From contig OZ025803.1 in the NCBI GenBank assembly GCA_964019425.1, positions 868,001 to 932,000 of the forward strand: a DNA stretch of 64,000 bases, read 5' to 3'. Made by a program: the position numbers and the translations under genes. Below the pieces are notes generated by a model. That model saw nothing but the letters and a program-made list of their open reading frames with translations. It was not told the DNA's origin and ran no database searches. Positions 12,639 through 26,636 of this stretch are shown piece by piece; within the stretch, counting starts at the first letter, position 1; every line of letters begins with the position of its first letter. This DNA comes from Flectonema sp. DT1601 (Eukaryota).

Positions 12639-12760
12639 CTTTTTCCATAAGAGGAAGCTGTTGGAAAATAAAAAAATGATAATTCTGCTCCATTAGCCTT
12701 TTTTTTTCAAACGAAAGTTAGACCTAAGAAGTTAGTAGTACAGGACCATAGGAACAAATC

Positions 12761-13766
12761 TTATTTCACAACTGCCTCCAGAGAAGAATCGTCAACGATG
12801 GGCTCCACAACCACCAGTTCTTCGTCTGGTTCATCATCACTTGGCAGTCTGATTATAGCCTCTTCGGAACTGGCAGCATGGATGCAGCACAGCAATGACA
12901 GCTGAACCTTCGATGCCACGCCAAGGTCAAGAGACTTGAGTGTGACCAGAAATCCGATGTACAGAGTGCTGCCCAATCCTGCTGCGATATGCCAACAGCT
13001 GTGAAACGGGACAATCGCTGTTTCAGGTCCTCGTGACGGAGACGCTTGCATTCTCTCTTTTCCGTCTATTGTTACACTTTCGAGACATCGGAAATGTTCC
13101 CACAGCCACATAGCAAAACCTGTCAAGTACATTAAGGAGGCAAACATGAACATCTTCTTTGGAACCGCATACTTTGCATCTTTAAACAGTTTCGTGCTCA
13201 CAATTGGATAAAGCACTAAGAATGTACAGCTTACGAAGTAGGAGAGAAAGAATACAACGAATATATCCATGACAACATAGGAAAGTATTGCCACTCCCAG
13301 GATGGTTACAATGACAATTGCAAGCCACTGATTCAAGGAACTGTCAACTTCATTTTTTAGCAGAATATAAATATAACAAGCTGCGGCTATCAACATTGGT
13401 ACTTCATCTAAATACTGCGGCCCTGTTCTCAGTGTTGCATGGAAGGCAGCACTTCCAACTCCAACAAATGCAACGCCAGAGTACGCAATTCCGTACTCTA
13501 TTTGATGAGCAACCTCGTGATCTCTTCGAGACAGGTACCAACCAACCAATGCAATTATCGTAATAAGCAGACTTGAGATGGTGTTCGCAAATTCTGCAAT
13601 GAATGAGATGACTACATAGTTACTCTGTTGTTGTTTAAATACTGAGCTCTTGCTCACAACCTAATAATGCAGGACTTACAACACATACCTCACACCAATC
13701 GACAGTGCTTGTAACACAGCCCCAGAAGGGCTCAGGGCTGCCATTTGGACACAAACTCACTGGCAT
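12761..13766 (-). CDS. Alkaline ceramidase (CREST family), 2 exons
   Basis: Exon 1 …FWG…STVDWCE joined via intron 13625-13688 to SNY…IAEFANTIS; GVGSAAFH, LDEVPM, HSCWH motifs; multiple hydrophobic segments. Confidence 0.9.
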
Positions 13767-14289
13767 ACCCAACTACCGATTTGCGGGTGGGCCTTTAGGG
13801 GAAGTAAAGTTAAAACTAATCGAATCACGAAGAACAACTCTGACCTTGCTTATTGAGTTTCAGTCTGTTGGGGAAATCGAAAAAGTGAAGAAAATAAAGG
13901 TACAAGAACTTAGCGAATTGTCTAACTAAAACCACTGCAATGCTAAAGAATGCTAAAAAGGGAAATATAAAAACAACAACATGAATAACAACCAACATGT
14001 CTCCTGGCCGCCTTGTCAGGTGGAGGCGGTAAACAAACTAAATTCAACAAAAGAAAAGAGGAAACACGCAGGCTGTTCAACATGTTGCAGGAAATGACCC
14101 CTTTCATCATCCCACTCCAAGATAAATATCATAATCTACCATCTACGTAGGTCACATGGGGGATAGGGTGGGTCTCGCAATCAATAAAAACGCGGAGAAG
14201 GGTTAAATTTCTTTTATTTCTTTCAGAGTTTTTCTTATTTCTATTTCTAAAGTACATTGCGGGGACTGTTAATAGATGAGTTTATTATT

Positions 14290-17200
14290 CTATTTGGTCC
14301 ACACCTTAACAGTCTTGTGTTCTGCAGCAGCAAACCTGTTGGCAATAAATTGAAATGAATTGCATTCATGAGGATAGCTGTTGTTGAACACACCGAGTGA
14401 TTTGAAGTTCACTAAATTCCACATTCTGATGGTGCAATCAGCACCAGATGTGACTGCATAGGAACCCTCAAGCTGAATGTGATTTATATCGTCTGTGTGT
14501 CCTTCAAGTGTTTCGTATTCACCTGTTTCAACATCCCACATTGTAAGAGCTCCAGCATGTCCACCTGTGAGCAGATATTGATCTCCAAAGTCTAAACAAA
14601 GAATCCCACCTTGTTCATCTCTTAATGCCTTTGTTACTAGTCCCTTGTTGAGATCCCATACAAAGATCCATCCCCATTCTGCCGAGACCAAGACGTTGCG
14701 TTCAAATCGAAGGCACGTAACACTTGACTTGTGTCCTCTTAAAGTTCTTATGTTGCGAAGTTCGATATCCATTTGCCAGACTTGAATAGTGCTGTCCGAT
14801 GCTCCCGAGACTAAGATATTTCTGTCGAATTGGAGGCATGTAACCTGACCTTTGTGTGCTTGGATAACATTCAAACAGGTGCCGTCAGAAACATTCCAAC
14901 GTCTGATTGTCGAATCAAAAGATCCGGAGACCAGTTCAACTCCGTCATACTGGAAGGCGATTACCTTGGCTGTGTGGTCCTTTAGGGTTCTAATTAACTC
15001 AGCTGTGTTGATGTCCCAAATATTTAAAAATCCATTCGCATGAGATGTAATTAAGATATTATCCCAGAACTGAATCTTCAACACCTCAAGATGACCCTCA
15101 AGTAGTATTGGTTCTGTAGGAATCCAATACATGCCCTCTGTGTGTCTGGCTGGTATGTTTGGATACATATTCTCTCCTTGGGCACGCTTTTTGTGATAAG
15201 CTTTTAGTTGAGCGATCTCTGCCAACTTCTTATCATTTTCAGACTCAAGTCCCTGAATTCGTTGTTTCAACCGTTGGTATTCCAAATCTTTCTTCGCTTG
15301 AAATTCTGAACGCAAATCTTCCTTCAAAGCTTCTACAGCATGTCTTGTGTAAGCAGCATGAGCATCAGCATTCTGACTTGGTTGATGCGGCTGAGCTGTT
15401 GGGTCTGGTACCGTGACGACAGTTGGATTCCTATCATATTGTGCTCGTTCAGCTTCCTTCAAACTGGTTAGCAGGGCTGCTTTGGTAGTCACACCTTTAA
15501 GTTTCGGTGCAAACTTAGGAGGCCTATTAAGGTTCAGATCACCCTTACTAATTGGTGTTGAGTATTTTGTAACCTTTGCAGGAGGTTTATTCTTTGCTCG
15601 CTGGATTGCATGCAGCACTCTGATCGCCTCTTGTTGTTTTTCAATAGAGACTTCGTACAACATATCAAAGTTGTCAGCGTCTGCAATTCTAAATCCCAAC
15701 CCACCTTCATCATCAATAAGTATTTCTCTAACATTAGCAACACTGACACATCTGTTTATTAATCCTTTCACGTTGCATAAGTAAATACAGTTATCTGTGA
15801 TAACAAGAACCCTCGGATCTTTGTGTCCGCGACCCTTTCTACCACACTTTAGAACCTTTTCGAAGTAGTGCAGGACTGTGTTAGTCAAATCCTTAAAATC
15901 ATAAGAACCATATTCTGGAGGGACGTCAAGTAATTTTAATCCGTTGATCGGATTAACGGAAAGCTGAGACGGATGGTTCGGAAGTCTAGTTGCGAAAGGT
16001 TGTGTTTGTGAAATAGTTTTTTGTGGAGGTGCTTGTTGCGACTGTGGAGGAGGAAGATGAGCTAATGAATGCCCACGACTTCTCGGAGAAGTCCCAGGAG
16101 TTCCCCCATATCCAGGAGCTTCACTACCAGGACCGTATTGCGGTGCCGAAAAATGAAACGGAAATGCATCAGAGGGTCCAGCTGGGTGTGGCGAATGTGA
16201 AGACAATCCTGCAGCCCCCCGAGGGATTTCACTATCAGCTGCGATACCACCAGCTGTTTGTGCTTGTAGCATCAGTGCTTTTATTGTAGCGTCTTTCCTT
16301 TTAATGTCTGACTTCAAGTCATCCATTTCTTCAAGTTGAGCCCTAAGACTTTCTATATCAGTGTTACGATCTACAACTTGCTGCTGAAGAACTTCAACTA
16401 ATCCCTGAACGTGAAGAGAACCTCCTCTAGGACGAGTTGGATCTTGTTTTACTTCGTGAGATAAATCTCTCTCAAAGAAGGTACCTGCCATGCGAGCGTC
16501 ATCGTCTGCATCGAGGCGTTTTGCCGTTGCTTCTCGAAGTTGTTTTAGTGTGCTCTCCAGCAAATATATTTTCTTGTCTTTTGGATCCATTCCTTCTAAG
16601 TCGATATCTGCTTCTTGCATTGTAGCCACTTGGTGATATTTTTGTAATCTTAATATTTCCTGATTCTGAGCATCTTGTACCCTTTCAGATTCCTTCACCC
16701 TTTCCATTATTTCAGACATGTGCATATCTTTGCGACGAAGATCTTCTGCGTGTTCAGATTCGAGCTCGTTTTGAAGTTCCTCAACCCATTTGAGTGTTTC
16801 AGCTTCTTGTTCTTCGAGTTTGTCGAAAGCAGCCTTCATATGTCCTTTTGTTCTTTGAAGGTTATTCTCAGGAACATAACCCTCACCTGGATAGTTATAA
16901 CGTGTTGGGTCAATGGGTTGTACTTCATGAACTTCTAAAGTTTTACCATTAGTCGCTCTTGAGTAGATCTGGCTCAGGTTTTTTATTATATTCGTCCTTG
17001 CGACTGGACCACCAGAGAGCTCCATCACGGCATCAGCTGTGGGTGTTACGATGGCTATTTTTGATGTCACGCTGTCATATTCAATTTTACTTATCTTCGC
17101 TACTTGAGTAGCGTATGCGATGTTACTATCATGTCTGTCACATAAATAGAGTGTCTGGTCAGTCACTAACAGAATTCTATCAACAGGTGAGGATCCTGGA

Positions 17201-17745
17201 GGTGATCCCTCAGCCCTAACCTCTTCGAAGTTGTGAAGGAGGTATTGATCCATTCCAGCACTTTCACTGAAACCCTTAAAAGTATTTGCGTAATTTGGAG
17301 GAGCAGACATTAAAGCAAGCCCAGTACGTGGATCAGTTTTCATATCACAGGTCGACTGTCCTCTAATAGATCTGAGATGAGCTGCAACCTTTGACTCACG
17401 AGGTTCATAAGCTGGTGATGCAGGTGCCCCAGCAGTTGGTACGGGAGTCATTGGATCAGGTGGCAAATCAAGTGGATCGTCAATAGTTCCTGGCTTCTTC
17501 TTTTTCTTCTTGTCATCTACTGCTGCTGGTTTTTTTCCCTTTTCTCCCTTTTTCCCCGGTTTCGGTTTCTTATCTCCATCTTTAGTTGGTTTATCATCTC
17601 CCTTTTTCTTTGGAGTCTTTGAGGTCTTCGGGGTTTTAGGCGATCCGGGTTTCTCCTTCTTAGACTTCCCTGGGCTTCCGGTCGCGCCACCAGGTTTCTC
17701 CCCCGTAGGAGAAGCAGCCTTTTTCTTTGATGTTGGCTCGCTCAT
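14290..17745 (-). CDS. Large protein: K-rich N-terminus, two PH-like domains, coiled coils, C-terminal WD40 propeller
   Basis: RILLVTDQTLYLC and RVLVITDNCIYLC PH-like strands; repeated GH…SG..D.TI..W WD40 units. Confidence 0.85.
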   Translation of the reverse strand: MSEPTSKKKAASPTGEKPGGATGSPGKSKKEKPGSPKTPKTSKTPKKKGDDKPTKDGDKKPKPGKKGEKGKKPAAVDDKKKKKKPGTIDDPLDLPPDPMTPVPTAGAPASPAYEPRESKVAAHLRSIRGQSTCDMKTDPRTGLALMSAPPNYANTFKGFSESAGMDQYLLHNFEEVRAEGSPPGSSPVDRILLVTDQTLYLCDRHDSNIAYATQVAKISKIEYDSVTSKIAIVTPTADAVMELSGGPVARTNIIKNLSQIYSRATNGKTLEVHEVQPIDPTRYNYPGEGYVPENNLQRTKGHMKAAFDKLEEQEAETLKWVEELQNELESEHAEDLRRKDMHMSEIMERVKESERVQDAQNQEILRLQKYHQVATMQEADIDLEGMDPKDKKIYLLESTLKQLREATAKRLDADDDARMAGTFFERDLSHEVKQDPTRPRGGSLHVQGLVEVLQQQVVDRNTDIESLRAQLEEMDDLKSDIKRKDATIKALMLQAQTAGGIAADSEIPRGAAGLSSHSPHPAGPSDAFPFHFSAPQYGPGSEAPGYGGTPGTSPRSRGHSLAHLPPPQSQQAPPQKTISQTQPFATRLPNHPSQLSVNPINGLKLLDVPPEYGSYDFKDLTNTVLHYFEKVLKCGRKGRGHKDPRVLVITDNCIYLCNVKGLINRCVSVANVREILIDDEGGLGFRIADADNFDMLYEVSIEKQQEAIRVLHAIQRAKNKPPAKVTKYSTPISKGDLNLNRPPKFAPKLKGVTTKAALLTSLKEAERAQYDRNPTVVTVPDPTAQPHQPSQNADAHAAYTRHAVEALKEDLRSEFQAKKDLEYQRLKQRIQGLESENDKKLAEIAQLKAYHKKRAQGENMYPNIPARHTEGMYWIPTEPILLEGHLEVLKIQFWDNILITSHANGFLNIWDINTAELIRTLKDHTAKVIAFQYDGVELVSGSFDSTIRRWNVSDGTCLNVIQAHKGQVTCLQFDRNILVSGASDSTIQVWQMDIELRNIRTLRGHKSSVTCLRFERNVLVSAEWGWIFVWDLNKGLVTKALRDEQGGILCLDFGDQYLLTGGHAGALTMWDVETGEYETLEGHTDDINHIQLEGSYAVTSGADCTIRMWNLVNFKSLGVFNNSYPHECNSFQFIANRFAAAEHKTVKVWTK

Positions 17746-17990
17746 TGCCCTAACTCTGTTTGAAAAAAAGCAATTACTTAATTAATATTACTTACCTTAC
17801 GATTGTTAACGTGGCCTCGTCACCCACTCTTGCAACACAAACTTTGGAAACAAAGCATCTTGTTTGTGTTGACCTGTGAACTGGAAAGAGAGATAATTTC
17901 GTATTATGCGACCCACAGAAACAGCAGCCTGAAAAGCTCGCGCTCTCGCAATCGCAATCTCCCCAGAAGCGATTATTGTTGCTCTGGGAA

Positions 17991-18084
17991 AAACGAAGCA
18001 AGAGGGAGGGAGGGAGGAAGAATTGCATTTCGCTTTGAAACGAAGCAAGAAGGAGGGAGGGAGGAACAATTGCATTTCGCTTTG
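17991..18084. repeat. 2 x 47-bp tandem repeat, pyrimidine-rich on minus strand
   Basis: aaacgaagcaagaRggagggagggaggaaSaattgcatttcgctttg twice; also present in cassette copy 2. Confidence 0.85.
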
Positions 18085-18527
18085 TTTGTGTTGGTTTTTC
18101 TTGGAAATGGTCACTTCCCCCGCACAAGGAGAAGTGGGTATCACGACAAAAGGAAAGGAAAAAGATGACGCGGAATTCAAAAGCAACCGGTTCGAGTAAC
18201 GAAATGGAAAGCTTCGAATGTATAGAATACTTGAAAATAAGCACGGGCAGTGTAGCTGGTGATGATCAGAGAAAACCAATCCCTCCGATCAAGAACTATC
18301 ATCGAATATAATATATAATTTAAAACAATAACAGAAACATGGTAAAAACCATAATATAACCATTTTTTTTTTTTTTTTTTTGAGTTTCCCTCAGTCTTCC
18401 ACCCGCGAACCGCGAGGAACAAAAGAGCCGAGGAGGAGAGAGAGAGAGGCAGACGTCCGCGTGTCGTTCATCCATCGTTCAGTCAAGTCAAACGACACAC
18501 GCAAGAACCATCGTCAAGACAGCTTAC

Positions 18528-19580
<1,053 letters not shown>

Positions 19581-20094
19581 CTACTTTCGTTATTGAGTTC
19601 ACTACACATGTAATTAGAGCTTGAGAAACATAAATTGAAACTTAACGGAAACCGAAAGATTAAATTTCAAAACTAAATTTTGTATGTCAATCGCGCGACG
19701 GGGAGGGATCTAAGCGCTTTATATTTCTTGGCTGTTCGTCAAGTCTCTGTGGTAAGAAGAACAAGTCTGGTTTTCTTGTTACATTAAGAGTTGTTAAGGA
19801 ATAACCCAGTCTACCTCTATTGTGGGGAACAACAGAAGGCAGGGAAGAAGAGAAACGAATTGTATTCTTTCTAATTAATAATAAAAGTAAACATAAAGTG
19901 ACTTCCAAATCTATTTCTAATTTTAAAACTGATCTAACTTTCATACAATTTGTGTTGTCTTTGGTTCTCCGATGTCAGCTGCGAACATTAAAACTATGAA
20001 ACACAAAACAGAGGTGATAACAAGTCAATACAATGACAGGTTTTCAACACCTGAAAACAAATACTTACAATCTCAGAAGAAACTTCAGCTAATT

Positions 20095-23000
20095 CTAGTC
20101 GGCAGCGCTAACGACGGCTGCACGGGATGCGGCAGCTGCAACAGCTCTGTTATTGTTATTGTCGGGTATACTGGGAAAGGAGAAATCCTTGCTTTCTTAA
20201 AACAAAACAAAGGAGTGAAACACAACATACTGTCGAGATAGTACGCGGGTCATTGTTGGATTAGCGGCCTGAGCGTAAGCGATCTCATTTCCCTGTTTTA
20301 GTTTTTGATAACAAACTGACGAGAACTCAAAAAGAGCTGCTGATATTCATCATTATCATACCTGACGATGTTTTTGGGTAATGAAGCTGAGTCCCTCAAA
20401 CCACTTGTTAAACTTGTCTTTGTCAATAGTGGCCATCTGCAGTTCTCTTTTATAAGTTACGATATTAGCGAGGTAGTAGATCTGTTTTGTATTGTTATGT
20501 GAAGAGGTAAAAAATACATAAAAACCCACCTTGTACAAGACTTGAGGTCTTGCTGTATAACATGAGGGATTTGCCTGGTTACAGGCGTGGTTCAGTTCAC
20601 TGACAGTGCGGGTTTGCAATACCCAGGTACCCAGTGGACGTGAAAGAAGATGATACAAAGTTTAACCGTACTGGCTTTGGGGACATCGCTAGGGTGTGCT
20701 TGTCTGGGGGGATTTGGAGTTGCTGATGGTGCCATCGATGCCCATTCCACGTGGATATTCGTCATAATTACCGAGTACAGTAAAGTTTTTATATTTATCA
20801 CTGAAATTCACTAACTCAGCTCATGTAAATTCACGTAGCGTCGTTGGTGTCGATACTCAAAGAAACAACTACCAAAGTTGGTTGCTTTCTACGAGCGCAT
20901 TACTGGGGACTTTGCTGACGTTGTCAATTCCCTGTGGGTTTCTCCTTGATAGGCAATGAAGATGCCGAAGGTTGAAAGTACTTCCTTGGGAAGCTCGAGT
21001 CAGATGTTTATCCTTGAATACCTGGACGAAAAGCAATCCGCTCCAAGACGTACAATCAAAGTAAGAACAACCTGGCCGAAGGGCCAAACAATGCTATCTC
21101 TTCAGCCAGTCCTAGTACATGCATTGTTAGTATTCTGCTAGAGTGACACCACCAGTGAAGGTAGCAGAGTGATGAGAATGTTCTGGGGTGGGTAGGAGAG
21201 CGTGTCGAGGCTGCCTGATGCGGCAGTGTTCACTGTTGAACTACGAAGGCGAAGTGCTTGAAGGTATCTTTCTCGTTGGGATTGTACAATTATCTGCAAG
21301 GATAATAACAACGTTGTGTATGGACAGATGCAGGTCGATCAAATTAGTGGGCAAGAAAACGGCTTGCACCTGTTTGCTCCCAGAACAGACAGGTACAAAT
21401 CAATAATTAAAAAAACTCGAAAACTACAAACCTGTGGATGGCGAGGGTTAGCAGGACTCTCTTCGGTAAGCTGCTCAGACTTAATTGAAACCACTTCTTC
21501 TAAACGAATATTATTGGACATCAGAACAGAAGCAGACTGAGCATTTGACCAGTAAAGTAAAGCTTTCTTCTGGTTTAACCAAAACCAACGTGCATGAGGC
21601 TTTCCAGACTTAGTCCATTTAATGAACCATTCTCCATTTTTCATATCGTGAATGATTGAGTTCATATGAGCAAACCTAACTTGTTGAGCAGTTTGAGCAG
21701 GATACGCACTCTGCATAGTTGGTTGCATACCTGACAGTGGTCCGTGTAAATTAATAGGGTTAACTGTTTCTTTATTAAGATACGAGCGAGGTTGATACCT
21801 AGAGGGTGGCTCACTACCATATCTATTATTATTACGATCATCAATATCTGTGTTATGAAGCAGTCGTCTTGAAGGTGGTGAGTCTTGTGCTTCCCACACA
21901 GGACCATCAGCATTCTTGTCTACCCCGTACTGATGAATAGCAAATGTCGATCTTCCAGTTTGATTAAATGACGACGTGTTTCTCTGTGGAGATGGTGATC
22001 TATTCAATTCCTGCGCAACTCTATTGTACTGAGATCCTATCCATGGCATGCTAGGTGCTGCTGCTGCTGCTGGTAGCGGCTGCGGTTGTGCGGTGTATCC
22101 TGTATTATTAATATTTCACCACAAGAACAATTGATAATAGAGTGGGGGGACACTCCAATGTGATGAATATAAACAAACCTGTATTAGCAACTGATGCCGG
22201 ATTTTCAAAAACAGGATCCTGATCTTGATTGCCAACACCAACGTGAAGTATTGTTGGCGCATACGTTCCTGGAGTATGACGAGGGAGAGGGGCAGCCACA
22301 GCAACAGGTCCATGGGTTGGTGTTGGATAAGTAGTACTCGCTGTGTCAGGGACAACATCATAAGGATCTTTATAAGGTGATTGCGAATGGCTGAGTTGCA
22401 TTGTTGACTCAATTCGTTTTCCTGTTTTGAATTTAAATAGATTTACGTTGTTACCAACTCCACAACTAATACACAAACTAATAACATACCGAGATCACCC
22501 ATTCGTTGTAACGGTGTGGCTGACGAATCAAAATGAGCGCGTCGCTGGGATCCCTCGTTAGGACCTCCTCGAATTGCGTTTGGAGTACGAGAGAGCTGCG
22601 CCTGTTGGTCGATCTGTTCTTCCTTTTCTCGAAGTCTTCGAGTGACTTCGTCTTCCTGTTGAGCTAGTCGTAGAGTATGCGAGTCGTGTTGTTGCGTAAG
22701 TGCCTTAGTCTTTTCACGAATTCTCTCTTCAGCAAGAGCTTCTCTGTCATGAATCCCCTGAACATTATGAAGTTGGTCTTGAAGTTGTTCTCTTGACCAC
22801 AACAGTTGATTTTGATTCTGAGCTGCGATTGCCTTGGTGACCTGAATTTGCCTTCTCGTGTTGGCTTCAACTTCAAGTAGCTGTTTCTTCGCGTAATCTA
22901 AGTCTTCCGGATGAGCGTTACTTGCCCCACCGTAATCAGATCCGGGAGGAACAGAGTGAGCTATTGGACTTTCAGTTCTGACACTCATCATGCTATTACC

Positions 23001-23135
23001 AGCATCTGGTGGAAACACTGAAGGAGCGACGTTACCAAGAACTCCATCGCCACTCGCTTCACTTCTCCCTCTACGCTGCTGCATTATTCTTTCCCTGTGA
23101 GCTTTCCTCGCAGGGTCGTGAAACTTTGAGCTCAT
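20095..23135 (-). CDS. Multi-exon coiled-coil/PH-domain protein
   Basis: ORF pieces joined by GT…ACAG introns. PH domain GEWFIKWTKSGKPHARWFWL…RHPQ|IYYLANIVTYKRELQMAT…KWFEGL spans a 950-nt intron 20482-21431; inferred stop at 20095. Confidence 0.7.
20539..21392 (+). mobile_element. Putative decayed non-LTR retroelement RT fragment, antisense within an intron
   Basis: GC-richer block in an otherwise AT-rich intron, flanked by GTACAA (20533-20538, 21393-21398). Degenerate RT-like words in order: GFGVADGA, LSLKFTN, LPKLVAFY, ILEYLDE. Confidence 0.4.
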
Positions 23136-23551
23136 GTTGTGTAGCGAGCCCTGTAGAAAGTATGATTATTACAAAGAGATTACGACAGGGTTTGATGCTG
23201 CTACTAAAACCTGTAAGAATGAATTTGAATAATATTTTTTTTTTGATTCACTTCTACCATAACACTCATCGTATGAGGTAATATTTAGAACACAATAATA
23301 CTTTAAAAAACTATCTTTCGCTTATGGGATATTTGGTTCTTTCAAAAGGTTTTTTTTTTTTTTTTTTTAAATTTCTTCTTTCTAAGTTCCTTATTCTCGC
23401 GTAGTAGGTTAATGCCATTCATATTCCGCTAGATTGGTGTTTTCTTATTTATTTTTTTTTTTATAAATTTCTTTCATCCGAAAGGAGGAAAATACTTGCT
23501 GAAGGGAAGTGTTGCATTTTTTTATATTCTTTTTCAAAAATCTTTTTGCGG

Positions 23552-23584
<33 letters not shown>

Positions 23585-26500
23585 TGTCGGAACGAATATC
23601 ATTTTGGGAAAACTGGCAGCCTGCAAGCTGTTCACATATAACCGGTCACAATAACTTTGTTGGTAATGGAAGGGGAGAAAAAAAAAAAAAAAAAAACTTT
23701 TTTCGGTATTCACATTTAGAATCACAGAAAGAGACCATAAAATGCAGTCAACAAGCTCACAAGTAGAGGTTTCGAAGAGGACAAAAAATGGGGAAAATAG
23801 GAAGAAGGGAAAATAATATGAGATATTAACAACGGAGGGGTATTAACAGCTTTTTGTGTGGTTGAATTTCTTATTATAATGTTGTTTTTGTTCTTTTTTC
23901 CTCCTGAACTTGCCTGTGTTTTTTCTTTTTTTTTTTTTTTTTTTTGATTTGCTTTCCCTCTTTAAACTCGCTGAGTGCGAAATAATGATTGAGAACAATA
24001 ACACACAAACACTTTTTGTTCTCAACTATCGGTGCTGTCACTGCCGGGGTACGCACTCCTCCCGTGAACGGGGATGCATCTGTCCGCAAGTGTGGTGTAT
24101 TACTCTCGACAACAACTTACTTTTTTAAAACACAAGATTTTTTGGCACAATTCATCCTAGAGGTGGCAAAAAAAAAAAAAAAAAACGGATCATGCCAACA
24201 CATCACTCATTTCACTTTTCGTCAATTGTCCACATCACATAGTTAACAACTCACTTCTTGAAAATCAAAAAAAGTTATGGAACTTTTTTTTTTTTTTTTT
24301 GTTATTATAATTATCTCTGTGAGAACCTTCTTGAAAGGGGAGTGTAACTTGTTTGAAAATATTTATAAAGAAAATAAATATCTTTTTAGTGTACCAGAGT
24401 TCTAAAATACTAAAATACAAACGTTAGTTATAATACAACAACTAAAGGTAATGTTAGTATAGGTAAACACTATGCATATGCTGTAGAGGACCGAAAAAAA
24501 AAAAAAAAAGAACAAACAAACGGGGGGAAATAAATGAGTTTTAAAAAGGGGAGCAATCCCACAGTTGATTGTCAAGGCTCGCAGATTTTTTTTTTTTTTT
24601 TTTTTTTCCCCGAAGATTGCATGAATATGTGGCATGAGCCAGTTCTACAATATGAAGACACGAAAAAAAACTAATCGTGTAGAAATACACCAAATAATAA
24701 ATAACATAACTTGCTCGCGTTTCCTTCTGTTGTCTCACCAAACGAAAGATTTTCTTCCACTCAAATGTGAAAGACGGGAGTAATTTACCTCCCTTCTGCG
24801 AAGGTTTTTTTTTTTTTTTTTTTTTTAGTCACGTAAACGTAAACAAAGTGAATCTCGCAGACATTCCATTGCGACCCTTGTAGGAGATGACAGTTACAAG
24901 TTTCCCTCAAAGAAAAATAACAAACATCCATAATATTCTGAGCGGCATGTAATGCAAAGGGAGGCGTAAGAACTCTCCCACTCTGAAGTACTCCTGGGTC
25001 AATAGAAAGAAAAAAAAAGAACAAAAAGTTGGTGTGGAATACGCAAAATATGAAAGCGAGACACGCCGCTTCTAATGAGATTCGTCGCAAAAAAAAAAAA
25101 AAAAAAAAAAAAAATCGAAAAACGAAAAACGAAAAAAACAAAACAAAATCTCCTCCTTCCCGAAGTGCCACCGGATTCAATATAATTCTATCAAGCTGAA
25201 CCACGGAAAGGATGAATAGAACTTGTTTTCGCAATTTGTCCCCCTCCTTTTCTTTCTTTAATTGGCATTTAGTTTCTTTCCCTTTTCCCTGTCCGATACA
25301 AAATTATTCAGTTCGTTAACGTACCTTTTATATATAAAAAAGAAAGAAAATAAATGGGTAGGTGAATTTAAAAAAAAATATATATATATGTCTGTCGGCA
25401 TAAATCCCCACAATCTCTCTCTTAGAGATGAAACAAATCGAAACAATAGAAAGGTATGCCAAGCCTCAGTCATGCGGATTTATATAAACATTTGTTTTTA
25501 CTGTGATTCCAACACGTGTGATCCTGCTTGTTTTTTTTTCCAGTAAAAAAAAAAAAAAGAAAAAGAAAAGTCCTGTGGCACTTGCAACAAAAAAATACAT
25601 AAACTGTAAAGTCAGTTTAGGAAGCGTCACGCTGAATCAGGTAATAATTGCCTGCAAAATATCCCCAAACATTTTTTTTCACAACAAGCAGCTGACTCAC
25701 TGTAAACCTAGAACTGTTTTGATTGTATCCTTGAAGCAATTATCAGCCACTAAAATACGGAAGAGGAGTGGACGATAAAAGAGGAGAGAGAGGGGGGTTA
25801 ACTGCTTGATTTTGTACGTAAAATACAAAATGTATTGTATCATAAACAACATAACGATAATTTAACATTAGTTTTAGATACAGTGACTAGGTGTGATGCT
25901 TAACTTAGCCTTTTAAAGTAACTATTCAGGTTTCGAGAGTAATCCATATACCTCTTACCTCTATTCTGTCATCATCCAGAGAGAGGGGGGAGGTGTTTAT
26001 ATACTAAAAAAAATAGAAAAAAAATTAAAAAGTCCAAATCTAACATTTTTGAACAATTAGCAATAAGGCAGAAATAATTATTTTATTTTTTCCATTCTTC
26101 AAGTCAAAACATCAAAAGAAAAAAAGAAAACCAGCAACCCTAACGTTCGGGAAAATGCTAAACTGATTTGTCAGGTTCGCAGTACGCTGCAGCTGCTAAG
26201 TTGGTACCAGTGACCGGTTGCTGTTCTTCTCATATCACGTTCTCTAGCAAAAAAAAAAAAAAAAAAAAAAAAACAGGTTGAGCCATAATAATTGAGGGGG
26301 AAAAAAAAAAAAAAAACATCTCAGTAGCACCCAGGGAAATTGTCGTGAGCTCATCACCCATCACGTCCAAGATAAGAGTAAAGGCTTGTGAATCAATAAT
26401 ACGAAGAACTGATTGCTGACAACTAAACAAAATGACTGCTCAAGACTACCCGATCAGCTACAAAAAAAAGAAGGGGAAAAAAAGATTGCAAAAAAAAAAG

Positions 26501-26636
26501 CAATGTCGCTATGACTTTGACAAGCAGCTTGCACATATTTCAGTGTTGAGATCTATCTATGCTTTCTTTACTCTTATATATCACAACTATCTTAACAGAT
26601 AGAGTTCGGACAATAACTTGCGTATTGCGACAATCA

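Noticed and set aside
17792..18422. 120-157 aa ORFs in the cassette tail (also 54944-55650)
   Set aside because: Frames differ between the two copies because of indels, so they are not conserved as coding.
23509..26430. Many F/K-rich short ORFs (also 762-1171, 32766-33272)
   Set aside because: Produced by poly(A)/poly(T) tracts.
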